Below, one piece after another: positions 20,479 to 29,172 of a stretch of 64,000 nt of DNA (its first letter is position 1; each line of letters begins with the position of its first letter). The notes below the pieces were generated by a model. That model saw only the letters and a list, made by a program, of their open reading frames with translations. It was not told where the DNA came from and did not search any database. Made by a program: the position numbers and the translations under genes. The DNA is from a virus (Duplodnaviria; Heunggongvirae; Uroviricota; Caudoviricetes), in the IMG/VR virus record IMGVR_UViG_3300035498_000944. One strand, 5' to 3'.

Positions 20479-21885
20479 TTACCAAATACCTGAGACACAA
20501 GTTTCCCAATTAAAGTAATCTATAGCTGGATAGCTTCGAACAAGTTCTCCATCATCATATACATGTATAGTTAAATTCTGGAAATTATCTATAATCCTCT
20601 CATTAGAAAATTGTGTTCCACGTAATTTTTGATCACATTTTAATCTATCTTCAAGTTCTTCATTTATATACAAATTGTTTAATGAACTACAGTTATACAA
20701 CATATTACACATTAAATTTATATTTGAAATATCGAAGTTGCTTATGTTTAAACTGTCAAGACTCTCACATCCAAAAAACATATCTGTCATATTAGTGACT
20801 TTAGAAGTATCAAAACTATTCAAATCCAAGTATTTCAATTTACAGCAATTACAAAACATTCCTGCCATATCTGTAACATTTTCCGTATTGAAATTGCTTA
20901 TATCTAAAGAGTTTAGATTACTACATCCGGAGAACATAGCAACTGCATATATTAAATTAGATGTGTTAAAATTATTTATGTTTAAACATGCTAAACTCTT
21001 ACATTTAGCAAACATAGCAATTGCATACACTAAACTAGACGTATCGAAGTTACTTAAGTCTAGGCTTTGCAAATTACTGCAATCCTCAAACATTCTAGAC
21101 ATATCTGTTACACTAGAGGTATTGAAATTACTTAAATCTAAATATGTTAAACTACTACAACCTTCGAACATACTTGACATGCTTGTAATATTTGAAGTGT
21201 TGAAGTTACTTAAGTCTAAATAGACTAAACTACTACAACCGTCAAACATTTCAGACATATTTGTAACATTAGTGGTATCAAAATCATTAATGTCTATAGC
21301 TGATAATCTCTCACAATGATAAAACATGCTAGTCATCTCTATAACATTAGAGGTATTGAAATTACTAATGTTTAAAGATGACAAGCTTGCACAATTATAA
21401 AACATATAAGATGTATCTGTAACCCTAGAAGTATTGAAATCGGAAAGGTCTAGATTAGATAACTTGTTACATTCCTTAAACATACCTGCCATATCTGTAA
21501 CATTTGATGTGTCAAAACTACTGAGATCCAAAAATTCTAGACAAGGACACTCACTAAACATGTATGCCACAGCTGTTACATTAGTAGTATTAAAACTGCC
21601 TAAGTTTATAGAGATTAGTCTATAACATTCATAAAACATAGCGGTTGTATCAATTACATTAGATGTATCTATGATATCACTTAAATCTAGGGATTCCAAT
21701 CTGTCACACCAAGCAAATAATCTAGAACAGTCATCTGGAAGATATACTTGATAGCCCGCAACATAAGTTGGTACTATCAAACTACCTGACATATCTGTAT
21801 CCTTTACTTTAGTTATCTGAATCCAATCATCACCATATGTATATTCAAATATTTTACCAAAATCATCGAAAGACATTTCACTCAT
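20479..21885 (-). CDS. BspA/DUF285-like LRR repeat protein, paralog 11 (468 aa) with C-terminal cassette
   Basis: N-terminal module, repeats, and the shared C-terminal module. The 3' 100 nt are identical to paralog 7. Confidence 0.75.
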   Translation of the reverse strand: MSEMSFDDFGKIFEYTYGDDWIQITKVKDTDMSGSLIVPTYVAGYQVYLPDDCSRLFAWCDRLESLDLSDIIDTSNVIDTTAMFYECYRLISINLGSFNTTNVTAVAYMFSECPCLEFLDLSSFDTSNVTDMAGMFKECNKLSNLDLSDFNTSRVTDTSYMFYNCASLSSLNISNFNTSNVIEMTSMFYHCERLSAIDINDFDTTNVTNMSEMFDGCSSLVYLDLSNFNTSNITSMSSMFEGCSSLTYLDLSNFNTSSVTDMSRMFEDCSNLQSLDLSNFDTSSLVYAIAMFAKCKSLACLNINNFNTSNLIYAVAMFSGCSNLNSLDISNFNTENVTDMAGMFCNCCKLKYLDLNSFDTSKVTNMTDMFFGCESLDSLNISNFDISNINLMCNMLYNCSSLNNLYINEELEDRLKCDQKLRGTQFSNERIIDNFQNLTIHVYDDGELVRSYPAIDYFNWETCVSGIW

Positions 21886-21905
21886 TCTAAAACAACTCCT
21901 TTCTT

Positions 21906-22550
21906 TTAGGGTAGATTCATATCTTGTTCAAATTGAGTTTGTAATGTATCATTACCATATAAGTCTTTTAAACTACTACAGTCTCTAAACATATTCTCCA
22001 TAGTATCAACCTTAGAAGTGTCAAAACTACTTAAATCTAGTTTTCTTAGATGTTTACATTTAACAAACATATGCGACATTTCATTGACGCTAGAAGTATT
22101 AAAACTACTTAGGTTCAAAGATTTTAAACTCATGCAATCCGCAAACATACCAGACATATCAGTAACATTATGAGTATCAAAATTGCTGACATCTAAGGAT
22201 GTTAAACTATCACACCACCTAAACATACCAGACATATCAGTAACATTAGAAGTATTGAGATTGCTAACATCTAAGAATGTTAAATTATGACAACCTCCAA
22301 ACATCTCACACATGTTAGTAACATTTGAAGTGTCTATAACATCACTTAAATATAGAGATTTCAATCCTTCACAGTTAAAAAACAGATCAGAACAATCGTC
22401 AGGTAAATAAACTTGATAGCCCTCAACATGAGAAGGTACCATAAGTGTACCTTGCATATCTTTATTTTTCACCTTAGTGATCTGAACCCAATCATCACCA
22501 TATGTATAGTCAAATATTCTATTGAATATTTCAAAAGACATTTCATTCAT
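21906..22550 (-). CDS. BspA/DUF285-like LRR repeat protein, paralog 12 (214 aa)
   Basis: N-terminal module plus about 6 repeats. Confidence 0.75.
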   Translation of the reverse strand: MNEMSFEIFNRIFDYTYGDDWVQITKVKNKDMQGTLMVPSHVEGYQVYLPDDCSDLFFNCEGLKSLYLSDVIDTSNVTNMCEMFGGCHNLTFLDVSNLNTSNVTDMSGMFRWCDSLTSLDVSNFDTHNVTDMSGMFADCMSLKSLNLSSFNTSSVNEMSHMFVKCKHLRKLDLSSFDTSKVDTMENMFRDCSSLKDLYGNDTLQTQFEQDMNLP

Positions 22551-22580
22551 TCTGTATCAACTCCATTATGTATATAATTA

Positions 22581-23411
22581 TTATTTCCAATAAACTTCTG
22601 CAGGACAGCCGTCGAACGTAGACATGGCTGATATTCTTTTATGTCTAACAAAGTTGCTAAAATTAATTTGTTTCAGACTCTCACAATAGGCAAACATTTC
22701 AGATATGTCTGTAACACTTGATGAGTCGAAACTACTTAAATTCAAATAGGTTAACTTTTCACAATAACCGAACATTCCAATCATGTTTGTGACATTAGAG
22801 GTGTTAAAGTAATTTACATATAAACACTCTAACTCGTGACAACGATAAAACATGTAATACATATTTTGTACATTTGATGTTATGAAATTATCAAGATTTA
22901 AACTCTTTAATCTTTTACACCACATGAACATGTAACTCATATCTGTAACATTAGAAGTATCGAAGTTGGATAAATCAAGATATGTAAGATTACTACAACC
23001 GTAAAACATCTCTGACATATCAACAACATTAGATGTATTTAAGCTGACTAAATCTAAATCTGCTAGAGAGGTACAATGAGAAAACATAGCATGCATATTA
23101 CTAACATTAGAAGTATCGAAGTTGCTAATGTTTAATACCTCTAAACTACAACAGTTAAAGAACATTCTAGATGCGTTAGTGACATTAGATGTATCTACAA
23201 TATTATGTAAATCGATTTCCTTTAACTGTGTACCTTCAGCAAATAGATCTGTGCAATCATCTGGTAAATAGACCTGATAATCATCTACATATGAAGGAAC
23301 AACTAGTCTAGTTAGTTTACCATCATTCTTAAATTCAGTTATCTGAATCCAATTATCTGCACATGTGTATTCAAATAACCTTCCAAATTCATCGAAAGTC
23401 ATATTGTTCAT
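22581..23411 (-). CDS. BspA/DUF285-like LRR repeat protein, paralog 13 (276 aa)
   Basis: N-terminal module plus repeats. Confidence 0.75.
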   Translation of the reverse strand: MNNMTFDEFGRLFEYTCADNWIQITEFKNDGKLTRLVVPSYVDDYQVYLPDDCTDLFAEGTQLKEIDLHNIVDTSNVTNASRMFFNCCSLEVLNISNFDTSNVSNMHAMFSHCTSLADLDLVSLNTSNVVDMSEMFYGCSNLTYLDLSNFDTSNVTDMSYMFMWCKRLKSLNLDNFITSNVQNMYYMFYRCHELECLYVNYFNTSNVTNMIGMFGYCEKLTYLNLSSFDSSSVTDISEMFAYCESLKQINFSNFVRHKRISAMSTFDGCPAEVYWK

Positions 23412-23436
23412 TTTGTATCAAATCCTTTCTTTTTTA

Positions 23437-23574
23437 TTATTTACTAGTACATTCTTTGTGACGTATAAAACCCCCATCACTGTATGTATAAACTTCATAA
23501 CCATATACAGGCTCACCACAAATATCACAGTAACCCTTTATAATAGGTTTAGGTGTTGCAATAAAAACTGACAT
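23437..23574 (-). CDS. small zinc-ribbon-like protein of 45 aa (MSVFIATPKPIIKGYCDICGEPVYGYEVYTYSDGGFIRHKECTSK). Not in the supplied ORF track.
   Basis: Strong RBS GAGGAGG lies 9 nt upstream of the ATG. The CxxC...HxxC pattern is paralogous to the ORF at 19402..19518. Confidence 0.55.
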   Translation of the reverse strand: MSVFIATPKPIIKGYCDICGEPVYGYEVYTYSDGGFIRHKECTSK

Positions 23575-23602
23575 GATTAAGTACCTCCTCTTTAGCTAAT
23601 AA

Positions 23603-24592
23603 CTAACAGAGTTTATATCCACAATTAGGACAGAAGTTAGCACCTGTAGTTTTACTTCCACAATTAGGACAGAAATTTGGTATCTGTCCAGACTGCTGGA
23701 AATTATTTACCTGCTGATTTGACTGACCTTGCTGAGGCATAGACATAGGATTACTATTCATCATATGTTGAGCCATTTGCATACCCATCATTAACCCAGC
23801 CATATCTCTAGCTGTACCACTAGCAACATTTCCGCCTGACGGCTTTGTTAAGCTATCGAGCATCTGCATCTGTGAATATCTCTGCATATCTCCTACCATA
23901 GAGTAGGAAGCATTCTTTTGTACCATTGCTTGAACTTCATCTGGATATGTAACACTGCCAATATTGAACTGTCTTATAGAAATACCAGTATCAACAATGT
24001 TCATATCAAGTTCCTTCATAATACCTTGTCCAATCTCAGATGAATTTGCCTGAATGTTGAACATGTCTTTACCCTCTTTTACAATCCACTTACTAAGAAG
24101 TTGATCAAGAACAGATGTTATACGAATCTTAATATCATCAACACAATAAGAGTCTTTTACACCTGCAATTCTTTCAACTGTTGCAGTATAGTTTGTGAGT
24201 TTAAATACTAGGGTGCCATTTGCTCTTATAGGCATACCACCTGGCATATTTGGATTAGGTATATTAATTGGTTGTTTAGTTCCCCATCTTATGGTGAACT
24301 CTCGTGTATTTATAAAAAGAACCTCTGCTCTCATACCTGTATTAAATCCAAACTTAAAACCTTTAAGCTTAGATAAAAATGGTATGATTTGAGATTCAAT
24401 ATCAAACTCTCCTGTTTCTGTGAAGATGCCTTCTATTTTACCCTGATACATAAATATAGCATTCTGACCAGGTCTTATTATAAGTCTACTTCCTTTTTTG
24501 ATTTCATTGTTATGCCACTTGTAGAATATTTGGTCATCCCTATATTCTTCCCACTCTACAACGTTAGCTAACTGACTTGTAAAAAATCCCAT
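23603..24592 (-). CDS. SPFH/Band-7 domain protein with C-terminal zinc ribbon (COG4260 / B. subtilis YdjI-like)
   Basis: SPFH-like core, Met/Gln-rich linker, and a C-terminal CPNCGSKTTGANFCPNCG zinc ribbon. Last gene of the PspA operon, as in pspA-ydjGHI. Confidence 0.65.
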   Translation of the reverse strand: MGFFTSQLANVVEWEEYRDDQIFYKWHNNEIKKGSRLIIRPGQNAIFMYQGKIEGIFTETGEFDIESQIIPFLSKLKGFKFGFNTGMRAEVLFINTREFTIRWGTKQPINIPNPNMPGGMPIRANGTLVFKLTNYTATVERIAGVKDSYCVDDIKIRITSVLDQLLSKWIVKEGKDMFNIQANSSEIGQGIMKELDMNIVDTGISIRQFNIGSVTYPDEVQAMVQKNASYSMVGDMQRYSQMQMLDSLTKPSGGNVASGTARDMAGLMMGMQMAQHMMNSNPMSMPQQGQSNQQVNNFQQSGQIPNFCPNCGSKTTGANFCPNCGYKLC

Positions 24593-24612
24593 AAGGAATC
24601 TCCTTTCTTATT

Positions 24613-25335
24613 TTAAAAATGTCCGCCACCATGGCTTCCACCTCCACCTCCACCATATCCACCTGAACGATTACTACTCTTTCTAGTCTTCCTTATATCA
24701 GTCCAAGTGTAATCCATACGGAGTAGTGTAGCATTGCTTTTAGAGGTATCAAGAAAAGTCTCACCTGTGGCTCTTTTAATACCTGTAGACTCTTTGTATT
24801 GAAACCACAATATTATCATAGAACTTATTAGAGCTACACAAAAGAAGAATAAAGCTATAGGAACTATCCATATGGAAAATCCTGTAAGCTTAGGATGTTT
24901 CACACATTTATTCTCTAGCTCTAGAAATTTCATACATCCCTTGTAGTATGTACCTTTTGTGAACTTACTACGAATGCATTGATATATTAAGGTATCAATA
25001 TCAGTTGTTATTTTATCTTTAAGCAAACCATAAGCAGACACATCAATATATCTATCGTTCATGTTAACATATAACATAACACAATCAGGACTGTTAGAGT
25101 GTTGACTGTAGAAACTAGTTGCTTCAGTCTCATGCTTAGTAGTGTTGGTATTATTTGTATATATTATGACATCTATGTTTTGTTTACTCATTACTGACTT
25201 ATCATAGAAAGTTATAAGTTGAGACTCCTCCTCATTTGTCAATAATGTAGCATCATCAGCTATAAGAATGGTAGCATGAGTTGTTGTTGCAAATGTAACT
25301 ATAAAAAACAATGTTATAAAAATCTTTTTTATCAT
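24613..25335 (-). CDS. TPM-domain (YgcG/YdjH-like) membrane protein with Gly-rich tail
   Basis: Signal/TM segment, a TPM-like core (ILIADDATLLTNEEESQL...DRYIDVSAYGL), a TM segment and a C-terminal GGYGGGGGGSHGGGHF tail. Confidence 0.55.
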   Translation of the reverse strand: MIKKIFITLFFIVTFATTTHATILIADDATLLTNEEESQLITFYDKSVMSKQNIDVIIYTNNTNTTKHETEATSFYSQHSNSPDCVMLYVNMNDRYIDVSAYGLLKDKITTDIDTLIYQCIRSKFTKGTYYKGCMKFLELENKCVKHPKLTGFSIWIVPIALFFFCVALISSMIILWFQYKESTGIKRATGETFLDTSKSNATLLRMDYTWTDIRKTRKSSNRSGGYGGGGGGSHGGGHF

Positions 25336-26447
25336 GACTTTTTAGCACCTCCCGGATCCTTAGATTTTGAACGGAAGGGTTTATAATATAAATAGTATAT
25401 AACAACTGCGATTATAGAGAATACTGCCAAACATAAAGCAGACTTCCAATCAATTGCAAATCCAGCACACAAGTAGTAGATGTATCCTACTGGTATATAA
25501 CAAAGTGTTGCTATTGCTACTGTTCTAAAAACCTTTGTTGGACTTATAGGAGTCTCACCTGCGATACAGCCAGATTGACCATTCATATAAAACTTATAAG
25601 TCTTACCATCTACGTTACAACTGAATATGTATAATGGGTAATAGATTAAGTTTATTTGATTGTTTCGTTTTATAACAGCATCTGCTTTTATGTTAGCAAC
25701 TTTATAACCCTGTATACGTTGTGAGAAATAATCTACGACGAACCTTTCATTTATAGTATCAGCAACATGCTTTACTTGGCGATTATCATAATCATACCGC
25801 TTAGATCTTGTACCAGATAAAACACATGGATCAAAGTTAGTAATGTTATCATTATTAAATGGAGTTATAGCTTCCATATAATCATCATCTAATTCTTCCA
25901 TACCATCAGCAGGAATATAATTAGTTATAACATTACCAATAACTTCAGCATCAAAATGTTTTATTTCAGTTATTATATAATCACCTGAAGAATGTTTTGT
26001 AGTAGTCGTAACATCAAATAACATACTTCCACTATTTTCATAATCAAAACACCAAAATGGCATAAGATATTTATTAGTCTTTGTTATATGTATAGATTTT
26101 CTTAATTCATTTGATACAAGTGGTCTAGTTTTTAGCCAGGCTTTAAACTTCTTTTCTGCTTCTTTATCATCAAATTCAAAGGGAGCAATAAAATCAGGAG
26201 TTTGCATTGAATCTAGAACATCTGTATGTATAACCGATCTTTCACATGCTTCACAAAATCCAGATAAGATATTACCATGTGAATCAATAGGAGAACCACA
26301 ACTTATACAAAGCTGTGATTCTCCAGTATCTTTAGGCTCAATATCCAACAAACTGAAGTGTGAATTACATGAAGTACAGATCATGTCATCTGTTTGTTTC
26401 ACATAAATTAATTCTCCACCACAACTGGGACATTGATAGCTTAGCAT
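25332..26447 (-). CDS. double zinc-ribbon membrane protein (YdjG-like)
   Basis: Two zinc ribbons (CPSCGG...CTSCNSHF and CISCGSP...CEACERS) and two C-terminal TM helices. Start and stop are coupled to the flanking genes. Confidence 0.5.
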   Translation of the reverse strand: MLSYQCPSCGGELIYVKQTDDMICTSCNSHFSLLDIEPKDTGESQLCISCGSPIDSHGNILSGFCEACERSVIHTDVLDSMQTPDFIAPFEFDDKEAEKKFKAWLKTRPLVSNELRKSIHITKTNKYLMPFWCFDYENSGSMLFDVTTTTKHSSGDYIITEIKHFDAEVIGNVITNYIPADGMEELDDDYMEAITPFNNDNITNFDPCVLSGTRSKRYDYDNRQVKHVADTINERFVVDYFSQRIQGYKVANIKADAVIKRNNQINLIYYPLYIFSCNVDGKTYKFYMNGQSGCIAGETPISPTKVFRTVAIATLCYIPVGYIYYLCAGFAIDWKSALCLAVFSIIAVVIYYLYYKPFRSKSKDPGGAKKS

Positions 26448-26449
26448 AG

Positions 26450-27130
26450 TTATTTACCTGCTTTCATAGCTGCAAGCTCTGCTTCTATATCATCAGCATC
26501 ACTTGAGGCTTCACTGTCATACTTAGCTATCAATTCTGCAGTATCATCAATACGAGATGTGCTAAGTTCAGCCATAGCATTAGCTCTATCTATCATATTG
26601 TTTGCCCGTTCTTCTATTCTATCAAAGGCACCTATAGATGTTGATGCACCTGAAAGAGAAGAACCTATATTATTAATTTTCTCCTGTGTCTTAGCAACAG
26701 CTATCTTAGCCTTTATTTCCTGTCTACGGCTATTTAAATTGGATATATCTTTTACAAGCTTATCATGCATTTGACGCATCTGTTCTGCTTTTGCTTTAGC
26801 ACTTTCATGTACAGCCTTAGCAGATTCAATTCTTTTGTTAGTTTCATTCTTAAGTGCAAGAAATCTTTTTGCATCGTCATCATTGCCAGCATCAACAGCT
26901 TTCTGAGCATAATCTTTATATTTATTTGCTTCAGCTTCAAGAGCTTCAACATCTCTTCTTGTTCTCTGCTCTTCTGCCATTATAGCTGCTGTTTCAGCCT
27001 TCACATTACCAAGATCTTTCTCAAGATTTCTCATTACCTGATCAATCATTTTAGAAGGATCTTCTGCCTTGTCAAGCAAAGCATTTATATTACTTTCCAT
27101 AATGTCTTTAAAACGTGTTAAAATACTCAT
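26450..27130 (-). CDS. pspA: PspA/IM30 family protein (phage-shock protein A / LiaH-like)
   Basis: 226-aa coiled coil. MSILTRFKDIMESNINALLDKAEDPSKMIDQVMRNLEKDL is a typical PspA/Vipp1 N-terminus. Confidence 0.75.
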   Translation of the reverse strand: MSILTRFKDIMESNINALLDKAEDPSKMIDQVMRNLEKDLGNVKAETAAIMAEEQRTRRDVEALEAEANKYKDYAQKAVDAGNDDDAKRFLALKNETNKRIESAKAVHESAKAKAEQMRQMHDKLVKDISNLNSRRQEIKAKIAVAKTQEKINNIGSSLSGASTSIGAFDRIEERANNMIDRANAMAELSTSRIDDTAELIAKYDSEASSDADDIEAELAAMKAGK

Positions 27131-27149
27131 TTAAATAGCCTCCCTTTAT

Positions 27150-27626
27150 TTATAGAATATGTCTTATCTGCATCAAAGCCTTACCTAAAAGATTCTGACC
27201 GCTCCATCTTTCAGGATAAAATCTGTTAGGGCTTGACATAGAAAGTCCTATACCCCATATTTTGTCATGTACAGCACATTCAGCTAGTATAGCATTTCCG
27301 GTGTTTTTCAACATTTGACAAAGTTCTGGGTTTTGTTTAAACTTAAAATAATTACCTCTTAACACGACCTGAAATCTTTTATCAGACCATGTCTTCTCAT
27401 CATAGTGAACAACTTTTCTACCAAGTGCTTTTATAGCTTTTACATTGTTGCTTTCTAAAATTCTATTGGCTATGAATTGATCATTAAAGGTTATAGCTTT
27501 CTGATACATCATGTACTGCTCAACAGAATTAAAAGTAATTCCATCTGCAGTAAAATTGGATTTATACCAATTACTTAAAAAGCCATTTGGTTCATCTGGA
27601 TTATGAAAACAAATTACATTACTCAT
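27150..27626 (-). CDS. NADAR-domain (YbiA-like) ADP-ribose-processing N-glycosidase
   Basis: GFLSNWY...F.SVEQYMMYQKA...W...R...V..GN..KF.QNPEL...L..TG...L.E.....D.IWGIG matches NADAR/DUF1768 conserved blocks. Confidence 0.7.
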   Translation of the reverse strand: MSNVICFHNPDEPNGFLSNWYKSNFTADGITFNSVEQYMMYQKAITFNDQFIANRILESNNVKAIKALGRKVVHYDEKTWSDKRFQVVLRGNYFKFKQNPELCQMLKNTGNAILAECAVHDKIWGIGLSMSSPNRFYPERWSGQNLLGKALMQIRHIL

Positions 27627-28482
27627 TAGAAACTATCCTTTCCTCTATAAAGTTTGATAGATAATCATATGCATTAGACAATGCTATGTCATAGGATATA
27701 TTATTATCTATATAGTTAGTTAAACGATCATACAGTATTTTCTGCAGATCATATAAATCGTTAATATATTTATCTGAAACGTCATTGGTAAAATTACAAC
27801 ACAAATCATAGACTGTATCATATAAGAATTTGTCAGGTTGATATTTGTATAGATTTGCTACAGAAGTTGGTAAAGTGCTACATATAGAATCTGTTGGGTA
27901 AAATATATCGTTAAGAATAAGGCATAATCCTTCATTACGGAACGATGTATTATCTTTAGGAACATATGTCATTGATAAAGAATGATTATTATAAGATTCA
28001 TTTATGTCATTATAAATTGCTCTACCAATATCGCTACCTTTAAAGAACATGATACATATGCAATCATTCCATGTAGCAAACAGTTCTTTATGTGCCTCTA
28101 CTTTATCATTATAAGTTCTACTTAACGCTGGTTCTTTTAGGAGTTTTATAATACTTCGTTCTGATATGGAGTTTGAATTATTTAATAAATCATACAAATC
28201 CTCAATGTACTCTCCTGAATGTTTAGGATATATAGCTATTATATTATAATCCCCTGATTCCATACAGCAACTTTCAGGTACAGAAGAATTATCAATATGA
28301 GCAGACATTAACAACATATTAACTTTGTCATTATTTACATAATAATCAGAGCCTATGTTTAAATTCTTTAACAACTTTTGAGTTACCTCTGGTTCAATAT
28401 CATCAGAAGAGCCAAAGTTTAAACCAACATATTGACCTGTGTTATCATTCCATAAAATCTCTTTTCCTTTTAATCCGAACAT
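27619..28482 (-). CDS. hypothetical protein
   Basis: ORF of 287 aa. Confidence 0.4.
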   Translation of the reverse strand: MFGLKGKEILWNDNTGQYVGLNFGSSDDIEPEVTQKLLKNLNIGSDYYVNNDKVNMLLMSAHIDNSSVPESCCMESGDYNIIAIYPKHSGEYIEDLYDLLNNSNSISERSIIKLLKEPALSRTYNDKVEAHKELFATWNDCICIMFFKGSDIGRAIYNDINESYNNHSLSMTYVPKDNTSFRNEGLCLILNDIFYPTDSICSTLPTSVANLYKYQPDKFLYDTVYDLCCNFTNDVSDKYINDLYDLQKILYDRLTNYIDNNISYDIALSNAYDYLSNFIEERIVSNE

Positions 28483-29133
28483 TTACTTATCAACTCCTGT
28501 CTCAATTTCTATTTCTGTTGTCTTATGTGAAATTCCAAATACTTTTCTGATAGCCACTATCAATATAATTAACCAGCAAATACCCATAAAAATATATTGA
28601 TCTCTAGCACGTGCTAACTCTTTATTATACACATCATCTGGAGTGTAACCAATATACAAATAATGAACCTTTTCAGAATCTGACTTATTATAATTCATAA
28701 AAGTACAAGGAGTACCTGAATAAATTGTATAAGTCTTAGTTGTGTCATCTGAAATCCATTTAAGTTTAGAAGTATAATCTCCAACTATATCTAGCACATC
28801 CCAGTTTGGTTTATATCCACTAAAACTTGCATTGGTTCCAGGAGTTACTTCTCTACCAACTTCCATGTCATTATAGCTATAATGACCCTTTGTAAAAGTA
28901 TGATACTCTACATCTATTGTATAGGCTATATTATCAGAACTTTCTGCTGTGAAATAGCCAACACTCTCATCACTTGCACTATATAGGTAACCATTAGCCT
29001 CCACATTATCACACAACGTTCTTATGTGATCTATATTAGTCTGTATCCTTAAATGTATCTTATAAGAGAATAATAACAGCCATGCAAGTGCTACTATAAT
29101 TACTGCACGTTTTGTACCTATAGAGGATTTCAC
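28483..29133 (-). CDS. membrane-anchored protein (paralog A of a duplicated pair)
   Basis: N- and C-terminal TM helices. Shares VTPGTNASFSGYKPNWD and TPCTF blocks with 29173..29805. Confidence 0.45.
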   Translation of the reverse strand: MKSSIGTKRAVIIVALAWLLLFSYKIHLRIQTNIDHIRTLCDNVEANGYLYSASDESVGYFTAESSDNIAYTIDVEYHTFTKGHYSYNDMEVGREVTPGTNASFSGYKPNWDVLDIVGDYTSKLKWISDDTTKTYTIYSGTPCTFMNYNKSDSEKVHYLYIGYTPDDVYNKELARARDQYIFMGICWLIILIVAIRKVFGISHKTTEIEIETGVDK

Positions 29134-29172
29134 TGAATAAGAACCTCCTGCTCACAGAACTTTATAGAGGAT

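Larger units (their letters stand above)
8672..23411 (-). repeat. tandem array of 13 paralogous genes built from about 78-nt (26-aa) BspA/DUF285-like LRR repeat units. Extensive near-identical DNA between paralogs.
   Basis: Periodic ...LDLSNFNTSNVTDMSxMFxxCxSL... units. Exact 100-nt identity between 15511-15610 and 20500-20599. Confidence 0.85.

Noticed and set aside
9643-21625. Many plus-strand ORFs of 60-193 aa inside the LRR array (for example 15740-16321 and 20675-21223), rich in KLLKS/LEVSKLL.
   Set aside because: They are antisense readings of the periodic 78-nt LRR repeat. The periodicity guarantees open frames on the opposite strand, and the minus-strand genes have coherent domain architecture and RBSs.
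8672-23411. Regular repeat spacing could be mistaken for a CRISPR array or a DGR variable region.
   Set aside because: The repeats are coding 26-aa protein units with no unique spacers. No cas genes or reverse transcriptase are present.
23365-23571. Plus-strand 68-aa ORF in the LRR-SPFH gap.
   Set aside because: The minus-strand 45-aa zinc-ribbon ORF with a perfect GAGGAGG RBS occupies the same region and fits the strand bias. The plus ORF is hydrophobic nonsense.
26559-27121. Three ORFs (26559-26774 +, 26752-26952 -, 26765-27121 +) overlapping the pspA gene.
   Set aside because: The A/K/E-rich repetitive pspA codons give open alternative frames. PspA itself is strongly supported.
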